A stretch of DNA of 64,000 nucleotides from Felis catus (taxonomy: Eukaryota), in contig NC_058369.1 in assembly GCF_018350175.1 (NCBI RefSeq), positions 15,998,001 through 16,062,000 on the forward strand, in the 5' to 3' direction. Below, one piece after another: positions 11,349-24,559 of this stretch (the first letter of the stretch is position 1; each line of letters opens with the position of its first letter). Below the pieces are notes generated by a model. The model made no database searches and had not been told where the DNA came from. It worked only from the letters and a program-made list of their open reading frames with translations. The translations under genes and the position numbers were made by a program.

Positions 11349-13520
11349 TTTAACCACTTTTGAGTGTATAGTTCAGTGGCGTTAAACACGCTTGTGACGT
11401 TGTGCAGCTGTCACCGTCATCCATCCCCAGAACTCGTCTCATTTCGTAAAACCAAAGCTCTGTACCCATGAAACATGAGCTCCCCATTCATCCCTCACCC
11501 AAGCCCCTGGCACCCACCGTCCTACTCTCTGTCTTGACGGTTTTGGCTAAGTATCTCATGTCTCGTGTAAGTGGACTCATGTGGTCTTTTTTGTGACTGG
11601 CTTATTTCACTCGGCATAATGTCTTCAAGGTTCTTCCGTGGTGTAGGCTATGTCAGGATTTTCTTCTTTTTGAAGACCGAATAATATGCCATAGTATGCG
11701 TGTGCCGCATTTTGCTCGTCCATTCATCCACGTTGAAGCTCTCGTGAATAATATGGCTATCAACATGGGCATATAAATATCTCTTCAAGACCCTGCTTTC
11801 AGTTCTTTTGAGTACGTAACCAGAAGTGGAATTGTCAGATCACATAATAATTCTACTTTTACATTTTGGGGGAACCACCACACCGTTTCCTACAGCAGCG
11901 GTACCGTTTTTACATCCCCATAAGAGTAAGCAAAGGTTTCTGTCTGTCCACACCCTCCCCAACACTTGTTATTTTCTGTTGTTTGGATAGTGGCCATCCT
12001 GATGGCTGTGAAGTGTTGTCTCATTGTAGCTTTGATTTCCGTTTCCCTGATGATCAGTGGTATTGAGCATAGCACGTGCTTCTTGGCCATTGGTGTATCT
12101 TCTTTGAAGAAATGTCTATTTGAGTCCTTTGCCCAGTTTTGAATTGAGTTGCTGTTTAGTTGTTGAGTTTTAGAAGTTCTCTGTCTAGTTTCAATACAGC
12201 TTCTCCTGAAAAAAATGTCCCAAGTGCCTTTGAGAAGAACACGTAATGCTATTATTCTTGGATAGAGTACTCCATGTAAGTCTGTTAGATCCAGTTGGCT
12301 TATTGTGTGTTCAAGTCCTGTGCTTCCTTACTTATCTTCCATCTGGCTGTTCTATTCATTATCAAGAACAGGGTATTGAAATCTCCAACTATTATTGTGC
12401 AACTGTCTTTTTCTCCCTTCAGTCCTGTCAGTTTTTGCTTCATATATTTTGATGACCTGTCATTAGGTATAGATACTCATAATTGTTATGTCTTCTGACT
12501 GTATTGAACCCTGTAATATACAACTTCTGTCTTTATCTTCTGTAAGCTTTTTTTGATGTAAAGTCTATTTTGTCAGGGCCTCCTGGTTGGCTCGGTTAAG
12601 GGTCTGACTCTTGATCTCAGCTCAGGTCTTGATCTCAGGGTCGTGGGTTTGAGTCCCACGTTGGGCTCTGTGCTGAGTGTGAAGCCTGCTTAAAATAATA
12701 ATAATAATGATAATAATAATTATTATGATAATAAATAAAGGCTATTTTGTCTGACATTGGTATAGTCATCCCTGCTCTCTTTTGTTTAATATCTTTTAGT
12801 TAATATTTTTCTCCATCCTTTCACTTTCAATATATTTGTGTGTTTAGACCAAAAACGAGTCTCATGTTGACAACATATAGTTAGATCAGGTTTGGTTTTG
12901 TTTTGTTATTCATTCTACCATCTCTCTATCTTTTGATTGGAGAATTTAATCCATTTACATTTAAAGTAATTACTGATAAGGAAGGACTTAGTTCTGTCAT
13001 TTTGGCATTTTTTCCTATGTGCACACTTATAGTTTTTTTTGTCCCTTTTTTCCTACCCTACTGTCTTATTTTGTATTTGGTTGATTTCTTTGTAGCGAAA
13101 TATTTAAATTCCCTTTTATTTCCTTTCGTGTATGTTCTAAAGCTATTTTCTTTGTGGTTACCACAGAGATCACATATAATATCCCAAGGTTATAACATTC
13201 TAGTTTAAAATTTTTTTTAACATTTATTTATTATTGAGAGACAAAGAGAGACAGAGCATGAGCAGGGGAGGGGCAGAGAGAGAGGGAGACACAGAATCGG
13301 AAGCAGGCTCCAGGCTCTGAGCTGTCAGCACAGAGCCCGACTCAGGGCTCGAACTCACGAACCGCGAGATCATGACCTGAGCCGAAGTCGGACGCTTAAC
13401 CGACTGAGCCACCCAGGTGCCCCCATTCTAGTTTAAATTTATACCAGTTCGACATCAACAACACACAAAACCCCGCTCTTTTACGGCTCTGTCCTCACCC
13501 CGTTTGGTGGCTAGTGTCAC
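11205..13520 (-). mobile_element. Old L1 fragments (3'UTR/ORF2 end at 11205-12190; more 5' L1 at 12200-13520), interrupted by SINEs
   Basis: gactggcttatttcactcggcataat, ccaacacttgttattttctg, ttgaaatctccaactattattgtg, aatccatttacatttaaagtaattactga. Confidence 0.8.
13210..13424 (-). mobile_element. CanSINE (a short variant also lies at + 12576-12740)
   Basis: TSD attctagtttaaa. Confidence 0.9.
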
Positions 13521-14029
13521 AGAATTACATCTTTATGCATGTGTGCCAAGGGGAGTGGGTGGGGCACGGATACCTGCTACTGTGCCAAGAGCTAAAAATG
13601 ACCAAAGTTAACTGCAATTGATCATCCAAGCCTTCCCCTGACCGTTGCAGGACCTTCAGTAGACTCCAGAGTTCTGGAATAGTTAGGTCAGACAGGTTCT
13701 GTCGGTACAATTGTTGCCTGGCTAGGGAGAGAGATTTCTGGTGCTTTCCATGCTACTCTCTTCCCGGACTCTCAGTGGTGTTTTCTTTTATAAAAACTTC
13801 TTTCTGGAGAGTGGAACCTACAATAACTGAGGCCCTTCTTGCTAAGGGCATCTCTAATACAAGAGACAATTTTGCATTCCCTTTTCATTAAAAATCTGTA
13901 CCTAGATAAAATTTCCAATCTGGTCCCAAATCCATTGTGGACGGTCACACGAAACTCTTTATATTGTCTCCACCATCACCCACAGCCCCCCTGTTGGCAT
14001 TTATCCTCTGAAAAATGAAGTCCTGTTGT

Positions 14030-14438
14030 GTTCATTTCATGCAAATTATCACCGGCAGAAGAGAGGAGGAAGATTTCCAGATAGAGAGACCCACAAGATA
14101 ACCCCAGAGTCGTTAGACACAGGAGCAGATGTACAGGGCGTGCTTGACTCATACTCAAGGTTGCATAAGTAAGATTTCAAAATTAATATTACTCTGAAGT
14201 CCTCAACCTAGGGTATAGGGTTCCTGGTTGGAAAAGAAGAACCGTATCACTGTTCTGTGTGGGTTTTTTTTTTTTTTCTTAAATTTTTTAACATTACTTG
14301 CCCGTGTATCTCCGCCTTCTTTTTTGCAGGAAACATTATTTCCTTCTTCTGCACACCAAGTTTCTACCTCCAGATCTCTTTGGTTCAGTTGCTGGGAAGC
14401 CTGACGCTCCAGGGCCACTTGGGAGAAGCCATCCACTG
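14030..14438 (+). promoter_or_regulatory. CCR2: CCR2 promoter and non-coding exon 1 (donor CTG|GTGAGT at 14439; intron to 18273)
   Basis: Octamer ATGCAAAT 14039-14046, AP-1 TGACTCA 14145-14151, C/EBP-like TTGCATAA 14161-14168. Resembles the recalled human CCR2 5'UTR; strong donor. Confidence 0.8.
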
Positions 14439-15541
14439 GTGAGTTGTGGGTGCTTTTTTTTTTTTTTTTCATTATTTTATGAGTCACAGGCTGAAAGCAT
14501 CCCGACGCTGGAGATGTAGGGATGGGAGCGCCCTGAGGGCTGCATAGCCCAGGCTCCTGGGGGATCGTCTTCATGGAGGAAAGGGTGGAGGGTGGTGTGT
14601 GCACCAGGATCATTGGAGAGGCTCTGAGATCAGTGAACAAGTTCAGAGCAGGCTGAGACCACCCCACGGGGCTCAGGTGAGAGGACAGCATGCTGAAGAA
14701 GACAGGAGAGTAAGGATGCTCAGGCTACTGCCCCTCACTCTGCCCTCCCCAGCCTCCAAGGGCTTGAAAGAACTGGAACTTTCTATCCCAAATACTACCC
14801 GTCCCCATATCCCATATATGTGATGGTCCAGGCCCTGAACCACAATGGGCCCCTTGCCTCAATTCAGGACAGCCACGGAGGCTGAAGTGAGGAACCTCTT
14901 TTTCTGAGAGGCGGCTTTTTACTGATTCAGGATGTGTCCTGCCACTTGAAAGCGGCACCTTGCTAAGTGTCTGCTGTGCTAGGAGCTAGGTGTGCTGGAG
15001 TGACTGGGGAGAAGCAGTGTGGGAAGAGGCGGCTGGTAGTTGAGAAGCCAGTGCAGGTAAACAAAGCGGAGGGGAGGCAAGGTGGAAGCGGTCAGAGCAA
15101 CCGACTTCCTCGCGCTCCGTCCTCTCCCCCCACCAACCCCCGTTCTGAACCACCAGAGGGTCTGGGTTGTGCATTTCTGACTACAGACTTCCTGTGTGCT
15201 GCTGAAGCCCAGCCTTTGAGAACCATGGGTCTAGTGCACACTTTCCTACCCAGATGAGGAGGCTAACCCTGTGGTTGGTTACAGAACAGCCCAGAGGGTG
15301 TGCTGCAGTTAAGGGGCTGTGTGCAAGGACCCCCCGTATCAGGTCTCCCGCTGCATTACCTGGGAGGCTAGTCCACAGCGGGGCATCGCGTTTCTCGGTA
15401 GCTTGCAGCCCGCTAGTTTTCTGTCATTCATTTACCGAAATTTCTTCAGCAGCCTCTGGGTGCCAGCTCAGGCTCTGGGACACCAAGATCTCTCTTTGCA
15501 AGGCGAATCCCTAAGCCCTCATGGCGTTTATTTTCTAGTAA

Positions 15542-15544
<3 letters not shown>

Positions 15545-15579
<35 letters not shown>
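15545..15579. repeat. (GT)n microsatellite (others near 26396-26436 and 54124-54156; CA-rich tract 59325-59420)
   Basis: Direct reading. Confidence 0.93.
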
Positions 15580-15580
<1 letters not shown>

Positions 15581-17479
15581 ATGCGCGCATGAGTGGGGCC
15601 TGCTCGTGTGGGTGAGTGTGTGGGCTTTAAATCCAAATGCCATAGACGTTCTGTTCAAGGCATGCAAGGATACCTAGAAAATCGTTACCGGTTCTGCATC
15701 CGTCTCTGCGCTCCCAGCCTGGGAAGAGAAGCTCCTGGGGTCTTTTTGTAACTGAAGAGCCCCACGTTCAAAATCCAGCTCAGCTATCACTTGTCCTGTG
15801 AATCTGGGGAAGCCGTTTAACTCGTCCGTGCCCGAATTTCGAATTTCTGCACCGTAAAGATGTGTGAACACGTGCTCACAAAATTATTGCAAAGAGTAAA
15901 TTAATTAACGCGGGGAAAGCACGTAGTACAGCACCTGGAGTTCCAGGAGCCCTCAGTTTAACGGTCCCAGGTGCCATCCTTGTGGTGGATACGTTGTTTT
16001 TCTTCCCAAACTGGATTAGAGGTCTTATTTAGTTGCTGCAGATGTCCAACAATCTGGCTTGGTGAAATGCAAAACCTAGAAGTATCGATCACAAGAGAAA
16101 CTGAAGGATAAGGGCGTGCACAAAGAGAAAAACCAATTCCCAGCCACTACCAGGAAAAAGAATCGACTTTCTTGAGACTATTGATGTTAGATGTCAGACT
16201 CGGTATAAAGACTTTCACGCAGTCTCTCAATGAACAGTTCTTGGTGCCTCCTGTAGCCAGAGGCTATCCTAAGAGCCGGGGACAGGAACATGAGCTGGAC
16301 CTCAGGGAGCACACGATGGAAGATCGTGTGATAAGGGCCTGTCGAGAAGCAAGCACGGTTTTATGAGACGCTCTCGAGTGATTGAGAGGCGAGGCGGGTT
16401 CGGCTTCACAGAGAAGGGGGATCGGAGCAGCTGGCGGATGGCTGGGAGCTCACGAGTCTAGGCTAGGACGTTGCCTTTGAGGTCCCGCCACATACAAATC
16501 GTGGGGCTGCTGGCGGTTTTCAGCAGAGGAGCGCCCGATCTCCCAGCGCGGTGCTGGGCAAGACAGGTGGAAACGGAGCGTGGTCGGGAGCAAGCCGCGT
16601 GCAAGGCGAGACGACAGCAATGATGAGGCGAGCAGCGTCCGAGGCCAGGCGGTAGGGGCTGGCAGGGGGGCCAGACCCGGAGGTGTTTACGAGGTGAAGT
16701 TCTCTAGCCGCGACAGAGGTCGCACAGAGCCCGTCCCTGCTCCGGGCGCTGCGCTCGGTCCTCCTCTTCGCTCATCTCTGCGGCCACTCAGCAGAGTTAG
16801 CGTTTTATACATTAAGAAACTGCGAATTGAGGAAGTAGTTAGCCCCAAATACCACAACTCGCAAGTCGTTGGAGGCAGGATTTGAACCTGGGTCTATTGG
16901 TTCCTGAGGCCTGCTCCCAGCCTTCTGAAGACGAGGGACCCGGGACAATGCCCACTCCCGCTTCCTGGACAGTCAAGGATAGTAGGCCAAGATAAGGAGT
17001 CCACCAGCTGAAGGACGCTTCCGGGGGTGTTGGGTTCGGGGTGGGTTGAATGTGAGGTACCTGTATGATGCCCACTTTGCTCACTGCTGTATCTCCACTA
17101 CCTAGAATGCAGCATGGCTCACAGTAGGTGCTCAATAAATGCTGCTCAAATGAGTGAGTTCTTATATGCAGGAGGCAGTAGGAAACTCAACTCTGAGAGG
17201 CAGGGGTTGAAAGTTGAGACCAGAAGCCAGCGCTTCGGGCAGCATTGGCATTCGGGGGGGGGGCCTAAAACCCTGTAATCACACCACACGACTCAGCAAG
17301 AACTTTGGGGTGAGAATAAAGAGACAGCGGGTAACGAGGCGGCAGCCAAGGATCGTGCCCGGGGATCCTCGCAGTGTAGACGGGGGAAGGAGACACCAAC
17401 GAAGAAAATGAGTAAGAAGGTGCGAGACAGGCACTAACCTCCCGGAAGCCAGGCGAGTTTGTGTTTTTTCCCAAATGTT

Positions 17480-17513
17480 TAGCAATTTTGAGAGAGGGAG
17501 GGAGGGGCAGGGA

Positions 17514-17549
<36 letters not shown>

Positions 17550-17674
17550 CCCAAGCAGGCTCTGTGCCATCAGCACAGAGCCCGAGGCGGGGCTCGACCT
17601 CACAAACCGAGATCACGACCTGAGCTGAAATCAACAGTAAGATGCTCAACCGGCTGAGCCCCCCAGGAGCCCCC
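17480..17674 (-). mobile_element. CanSINE in the CCR2 intron
   Basis: (GA)n tract and reverse-complement SINE head. Confidence 0.85.
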
Positions 17675-18284
17675 AAAATGAGTTTTAAATGGAAGAACCT
17701 AACAGACGGGTCCGATGCTCAACGAGGATAAGGCTGAAGGAGAGCCAGGCATTGAGGAGCAGGATTGTCACTGCAATCTTGCAGGAGAAGGGGACTCTGC
17801 CTCGTTTTGCTCCGTCCTCTGAGTCTTTTGTTCAGGGTCCCAAGCACCAGGCCCTCACCAGACAAGCCGCAGAGGCAGAAGGGGCCAGGGGGGCCAGGGC
17901 TTCTGCTGCTTCTCCCCCCGTCAGAGGAGAGCATTTCCAGGGACCCCCTGGCCGTCCAGGAGGGGGTCACGGGCCTGCGCGGCCCGGCAGAGGAGGTAGG
18001 AAAAAAAGCAAGTATGCAGCGAGGGGAACTTTGTAATAAGAGTCGGGCTTTCTGGGAAGGCCCGGGGTGTTGAGAAACGGCCGGAGGGTCGACAAGCGGT
18101 GTCTGCTGGAAGGAGTAAAGGGAAGTGATCGACGGGCGCGTGCGAGCTTCCAAGGTGATGGCCGCGAAAGGAAGACGCACGCTGGGCCGGGGCTGAAGGG
18201 GAGCGGGGACATTTTTAATATCGGGGACGGCGGCCGATACGCGGTGTGTGATCATTTCGTCCTCTGATTACAGGGCGGAGGAAG

Positions 18285-19406
18285 ATGGGCGACAACGACA
18301 CGCTTGCCCTGTTCAGCTACCCCATGCTGTCCACACCCCAGTCTCTGTTCACAAGCGGCAACCAGGGGGGCAACGAGGAACCCACCACCAATTACGACTA
18401 CGATTACAGCGCACCGTGCCAGAAAACCGACGTGAGGCAGAACGCGGTCCGGCTCCTGCCTCCGCTCTACTCACTCGTGTTCCTTTCCGGCTTCGTGGGC
18501 AACCTGCTGGTCGTCCTCATCCTCGTCAACTGCAAAAAGCTGAGGGGCATGACTGACGTCTACCTGCTCAACCTGGCCATCTCCGACCTGCTCTTCCTCT
18601 TCACCCTCCCCTTCTGGGCCCACTATGCCGCCAACGGGTGGGTCTTCGGGGATGTCATGTGTAAGACGGTCACCGGGCTCTATCACGTCGGCTACTTTGG
18701 CGGAAACTTCTTCATCATCCTCCTGACCGTCGATAGGTACCTGGCCATCGTCCACGCTGTGTTCGCTTTAAAGGCCAGGACGGTCACCTTTGGGGCGGTG
18801 ACAAGCGCGGTCACCTGGGCGGCGGCCGTGGTCGCCTCTCTGCCGGGGTGCGTCTTTAACAAGTTGCAGTGGGAAGACTCTTTTTACTCCTGCCGCCCTT
18901 CTTTCCCACCAGGGTGGAAGACTTTCCACGCAGTCACGAGGAGCGTCTTGGGCCTGGTCCTGCCCCTGCTCGTCATGATCGTCTGCTACTCGGCCATCCT
19001 CAGGACCCTGTTCCGGTGTCGGAACGAGAAGAAGAAGCACAGGGCCGTGAAGCTCATTTTCGTGATCATGATCGTTTACTTTCTCTTCTGGGCCCCCAAC
19101 AACATCGTCCTCCTGCTGAGCACCTTCCCGGAGTCCTTTAACGTGAGTGACTGCCAGAGCACCAGTCAGCTGGACCAAGCCATGCAGGTGACGGAGACCC
19201 TGGGAATGACGCACTGTTGCATCAACCCCATCATCTACGCCTTCGTCGGGGAGAAGTTCAGAAGGCATCTCTCCGTGTTCTTCCGAAAGCACATCGCCAA
19301 GCATCTCTGCAAACAGTGCCCGGTCTTCTACAGGGAGACCGCGGATCGAGTGAGTTCCACATACACGCCTTCCACAGGCGAGCAGGAGGTGTCCGCGGGC
19401 TTGTAA
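18285..19406 (+). CDS. CCR2: C-C chemokine receptor type 2 (B-type C-terminus), single coding exon, 373 aa
   Basis: 7TM class A GPCR with [10 protein letters not shown]-terminus, [26 protein letters not shown] and C-terminus [10 protein letters not shown]...[11 protein letters not shown] typical of CCR2B. Splice acceptor tttcgtcctctgattacAG ends at 18273, just before the ATG. Lies upstream of CCR5, as in other mammals. Confidence 0.97.
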   Translation: MGDNDTLALFSYPMLSTPQSLFTSGNQGGNEEPTTNYDYDYSAPCQKTDVRQNAVRLLPPLYSLVFLSGFVGNLLVVLILVNCKKLRGMTDVYLLNLAISDLLFLFTLPFWAHYAANGWVFGDVMCKTVTGLYHVGYFGGNFFIILLTVDRYLAIVHAVFALKARTVTFGAVTSAVTWAAAVVASLPGCVFNKLQWEDSFYSCRPSFPPGWKTFHAVTRSVLGLVLPLLVMIVCYSAILRTLFRCRNEKKKHRAVKLIFVIMIVYFLFWAPNNIVLLLSTFPESFNVSDCQSTSQLDQAMQVTETLGMTHCCINPIIYAFVGEKFRRHLSVFFRKHIAKHLCKQCPVFYRETADRVSSTYTPSTGEQEVSAGL

Positions 19407-20135
19407 ACGAGTAACGGTTTGCCTCCGACCGTCATGCGGGGGGACGGAAAACTGCATGTGATAAAAGGCTTCGGGGGTCCACTGGAGAAGGGAGGCCCGC
19501 GAGCCTCTCAGGCGAGTGCGCACGGGAAGCTCAGGGTCGGACTCACCAAGGCAGACTTCGTCCCTCCCTGTGCGGCCAACGGGCGCTCAGGGAATGTTCC
19601 AGAACAACTGCGGGTGCAGACCGTGACTCTCCAAAGAGCTCCCTGCCAGTTCCTGGGAAACGCCACATCTGGAGAATGCCTGTGCCCCTCTCCCAGCCTT
19701 CACCTGCGCCTCACTCGCCCCGCAGTGCTCTCTCTCTGGTCAGGGGCCCAGCGGGAGGCAGGGAGGGGGCTGAGCAGGCACAGGGGGATGGCGTGTGGGG
19801 TCCCGGCCATGCCAGGAGGAGGGAGCTGCGGGCATGGCTGAGCCTGGGTGAGGAGGAAGGTTTCAGCAGCATTGTCCCCAGCCCCGCCTGGAAGGCCTCC
19901 CCCCACCCCACCCCCGGGTCCCAGAGCCTGGGAACCATAACAACTCTCGGAGAGCTTACTTTGGGTCCAATCGTCCTCTCCGTTGCAAGCGCGGGACACA
20001 TTTTTGCTTCCTTGTGATTTATCTGCGATAACCACGCACCCTACACCTGAAATCTAGCAAACCCCATGCCCCGTTGTTCACACGCGTTTCACATGCCACC
20101 TCCCCCGATGTAAAAATGTAAGAACATTCTTGGTT

Positions 20136-20175
20136 AATAAAATACGCGTAATCTTTAAAGAGATGAAAAAATAAA
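20136..20175 (+). terminator. CCR2: Candidate CCR2 polyadenylation signals (AATAAA at 20136-20141 and 20170-20175)
   Basis: Two canonical hexamers about 0.75 kb after the stop codon, outside repeats. Confidence 0.55.
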
Positions 20176-21659
20176 AGCCCTCGTCGGGTCGTAACCAGGG
20201 AAAGGCGGGCAGTGGGGGAGTGGGGTGCAGGTAGTGATGATAGGAAGGAGTGAAGGCTTAGTTCCTGCATCAGGAGCTCAGGAGGGTGTGTGAGGCCACT
20301 GCCCCAGCAGTGTTTTCCAGAATCGGAGGCCAGGAAGGCCAGGAAGGAGGCATCAGAACCCACAGAGGCCTCATGTCTTTGGATCTTGCTGCCTGTCCCT
20401 GCTTCCTGCTGCCCTAGCCCCTTCTGCCGCCCTCCCCCAGGCCTCATCGCATCACTGGTGCCCAGAGGATTGCCCGGCCCCCAGGAGAGTTAGCCGTGGG
20501 GAGTAGAAAACGGTGCACCCAGAACTCCTCAGTGGGCCCGCGAGATAGGGAGCGACAGGTGTGGGCCCCGGGGTGTGTCGCCAGGACAGAGAAGGGGCCC
20601 GGCAGACGTGACAGAGGCCCTGCCTTGGACGTCACAGGCGGCCTGTGAACGTCAGGGTCTAACCCACCAGGCAGGGTGGAAGACTCTAGAAGGGCTGGGG
20701 AAAAGCGTTTTTGCAAACTACCTTCCAGCGCCTCATTTTTGGATACAGGCGTAGAGTTCAGATACGTAAAAAAATAAATAAATAAAACTCGTCATCATCA
20801 TCATCACCCTTGAGTAAAAATAGAAGTAAACCTAAAACTACAACTCGTAAATGGGGCAAAGCGTCATTTGAAGAGTTGCTCTTAGGTCAAGTCTGAAAAT
20901 CCCGTATTAGTCACCGAAATCTGGCTTTGAGCTTAAAATGTCGGAGCGCGGGATGCTGGGAACACTACCAGTGCAGCATAAATCGTGTCGATCGGGGAGT
21001 CGGGTCTGTGACCTGCCTAGTGATTGGTGTCTCACTAGTATCGTGGGGATCACAGCACATACTCCACAACTGCCATCCCAACTGTGTCTTTATTCTCCCG
21101 GACCCCCTGCCAGACATCTCTTTTGTGTCCTCGCGCAGCCCAGGACGTCAGGGGTTTGATGCTGTTTGGACGCTTCGGTGCTTTGTGGATATCCTCATTG
21201 AGGCTCAGACTGTCCGGTTTGGATTGGGAGCTCCTATATCGCACGGAGCCCTAACCAAACGTTGAAACCCCATTTGTAAAGGAGGGGCGTTGCGTCACTT
21301 AAGGAAGCAAAGACTTTTATCTCGGCGGAGCCAAGTGGAAAACAGCCATGCGGGGACCCGGTGCATTTTGGATCTGGTGCAAGCAGGAGACATGGGGCTT
21401 CTGGAACCTGGCAACTCGGGAGCTGGAAGTTGCTCTGCTTCTGCTTTCCTGCTTCACAGCCAGAGAAGGCTCCAGAAAGAAGCGTGTGTGTTTGGAGAGG
21501 GGAGTGCATGCTTCGCCTTCAGGTATTTGTATCATCCGAATGAATGCATGAAATGTTGTTTTGGTGATGAGATGGAAATATTGGGGTTTTTTAAAGCTAT
21601 GATTTGGAAAATGAATCAATGCTCACACTATATTGTTTTTTAAAAATATATATATATCT

Positions 21660-21900
21660 GGGGGGGGGGGGGCGCCTGGTTGGCTCAGTTGGCTAAGTGT
21701 CTGAATTTGACTCAGGTCATGATTTCAAGATTCGTGAGTTTGCCCCCTCCCCCCATAGGTCTCTGGGCTGACAGCACGGAGCCTGGAGCCTGCTTCTGAT
21801 TCTGTGTCTCCCTCTCTCTCTCTGCCCCTCCCCTGCTCACTCTCTTTCTCTCTCTCTCTCTCAAAAATAAATAAACGTTTAAAAAAATTTTTTTAAAAAT
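21660..21900 (+). mobile_element. CanSINE followed by an antisense L1 3'UTR fragment
   Basis: SINE head, CT tract and A tail. Confidence 0.85.
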
Positions 21901-24559
21901 CTGATTAGCGACTCCCCATTTTCTCCTCTCCCCAGCCTCTAGCAATCACCACATCCACGATTCCGACTATTTTAGACACCCCGTGGAAGGAGAATCGTGG
22001 ATTATTCATCCTCCTACGACTGGCTTCTTTCACCCAGCATAACGTCCCCAAGGTTCACCCATGTTGCCGCACAAGGCAGGACATCCTTCTCTGTAAGGCT
22101 GAGTAATATTCCACTGCATGCATATGCCGCATTTTCTCTATACGTCTACCAAAGTGCCCCAAATTCCAGTTATACAAGGCGTCAAGTTCCAAACATCTGC
22201 TTTCCAACATTCTACCTGTAGATAGAATGATGTATGATACACTGAAAAATCTGGCGGGGGGGGGGTAGAAGGCGTGTGAAGTGTTCTAACCACAATAATA
22301 ATAATGATAAACCTTAGATTGTCTTCTTTTTCGCTTTTCCCTCCTTCCCCTGTGCGATTACACATTCTCGTCCTCGCCGTGTGACTGACAGTGTGCCCTG
22401 CAGGTGTCCCCCCCCCCCAACCCCCTCCCCAGGAGGCTCGGCCACCGAAGAGCGAGCGGAGGGACATCTGCTTCAGCCACACAGAGGGGTAGAGTGGTTG
22501 GGCCGAGCCCCTGACTCCCCCTGCTCAGCCACCAGAAGGTGCGTCCCGGGCCACACCAGGCACCGTGGCGAGCCAGCAGGAAGACGCAGAGAACACGGCC
22601 AGAGCCCGGGCACACGGCAGCCACGTGTCACAGGGGCAAGCGGTCCGTGCTCGCTGTTTGAAGCCACCGGGCCGCGGGGGCTGTTTGCCAAGAAGCACAA
22701 AAGCGAATTAGTACATACGGTACAGGGTGGCTTTCTAAGTAAAATTTGGAAAAGTATCTGTTTGTGGTTCCATCTTGGAATTCAGGGTGACAAGCATGCC
22801 TGGGGATCCGTCACGCGCCGGTCTGGGGCAGGTCCATAAGGACGATGTGTCAATTCCCCCGTACTCAGACCTCCAAGTGCAGGGACGGGGGGTGGGGGGT
22901 GGGGGGTGGGGGCGTGGAGGGGTGGAGGATGGAGTGTTTGCAAATCAGCAGGCACAGTGCAGAGTACGGAGATAGAGGTCGATGTGAAATCATCCGAGAG
23001 CCCCGAGGTGAGGGTAGCTAACTCGATGAAAGCCCTACATCACAGTGGTAATAGCTACAGTGGGATTTTAGTGCCACCAGGGAAAGCGGCACGTAAAAGC
23101 TGCCAACCCTCTCCATTCTAGAAGCGGAAACCCTGTCTTTATCCCGAGGAGAACACTTGAGTGGGCGGTTTGAGTCAAGCAGACGTCAGGGAAGGTCATC
23201 ATTCCCAGGGACGGGTGTCTTAAGACTTCTGGTGGAGTTGGGGGCTTGGCAGAGCCCCTCCTCCCCCCTGCTGTCATCCGCGATGCGCGACAACGCTCAA
23301 AGCAGCTGGCCCTGCCGCCTCCTGGGAGTGAGCCACCCGGACCCCCTCCTCCCACTTTGCCTTTTTCTCCTTATCCGGGTTTCTCTAACAAATGGAAGAT
23401 TTGCCAGAATTCAGGGAAGCTTCAGGGAAGATTAGCCAGCAGCCCAAAGGCCACCAGCGGTCACCAAGAAGCAGCTTGTCATGAGGGAAGGGGCATCCGG
23501 GCTGGTGAGCGGACCTCCCGTGAATTGGGGGGAGGGCTGGCCCTGGGTACGGTAAGTGATTGCAGTTGGCGAACTCTTTGGACGTGGTCACTTCGGCACC
23601 ACGTTTGGAACTTGACCCAGGGGCATCTCACATCCTCAAGCCCTCCTTACTGCCTCACTGTCCTTTGTCCACCACCTCGGCTCTCCAGTCCCCTCCTCAC
23701 CTGCCCGGCTGGCCGGCTGCCCGGGGGATGCCCCACCCAGAAAGGAGGTGCTGGCCCCCCATTCCTCGCACGATTCTCTCAGACCCCCCCACACCCTTAG
23801 CTTTGAGGACAGGAGCCCCCTCTCACCTCCCCACCAATCCCACCCTTTTCTACAAGCCTTTCCTGCCCAGATGTGTCTCCTTATAGGACTGGGGTGGGAG
23901 GAGTTGACACGACAACTGGGGGCACAGTTGTGAGCCCCCGAGGGAGACGGGTAACCCGGGTGTCAGTGGTTTCCTTAGAACTGGAGGGTACGTAACACCT
24001 CCCTGCCCTCAGCCTCAGGCTGCAACCGCCTGTTCTGGGGCAACAGGAAAAGTCCTACATGATATCCTGTTTTGCGCAGACCTCAACACAGAGGTTCAGG
24101 TGTCATCCGATCCACCAAAGTCACCCTGGGCCTCTCACAGCCCTTAATCGGTGCGTTGCACTGCATTCGCCCTCCCCCCCCCCCCCCGTCATCCCGGGAA
24201 GAGGCTGGACCACAGAGACATAGGCTAGAGAGGACAGCGTGATGACCCCCAGCCCCACTTACCACGTCGTGTGTCTGAGGCAGAAGGTGAAGCGGTGCTA
24301 GGAGTCACGGGCCATTGCTAAGGCATCACTGCTAAGGCACGCAGGTGACAAAATGTCAGTAAGGAGGGATTCTTCCTGTTTCTTTGAGGACCACGGGGAT
24401 TCTCTGGATTTCTTGGGGAAGGTGGCTTTGGGGACACTGGGAGTGTCCTCCTTGGTGGGAGTCACAGAGCACTGACAGCAGATACTGGAAACGGGCTGTT
24501 GTAGTGCGGACCTACGGAAGGAGCCGGAACGTCTGATAGCAAGGCTCTGGCAAGACTGG

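Noticed and set aside
18768..19523. 251-aa antisense ORF over CCR2 (also 18471-18755, 30720-31004, 31017-31553)
   Set aside because: Shadow frames of high-GC3 coding sequence; their mutual similarity simply mirrors the conversion tracts.
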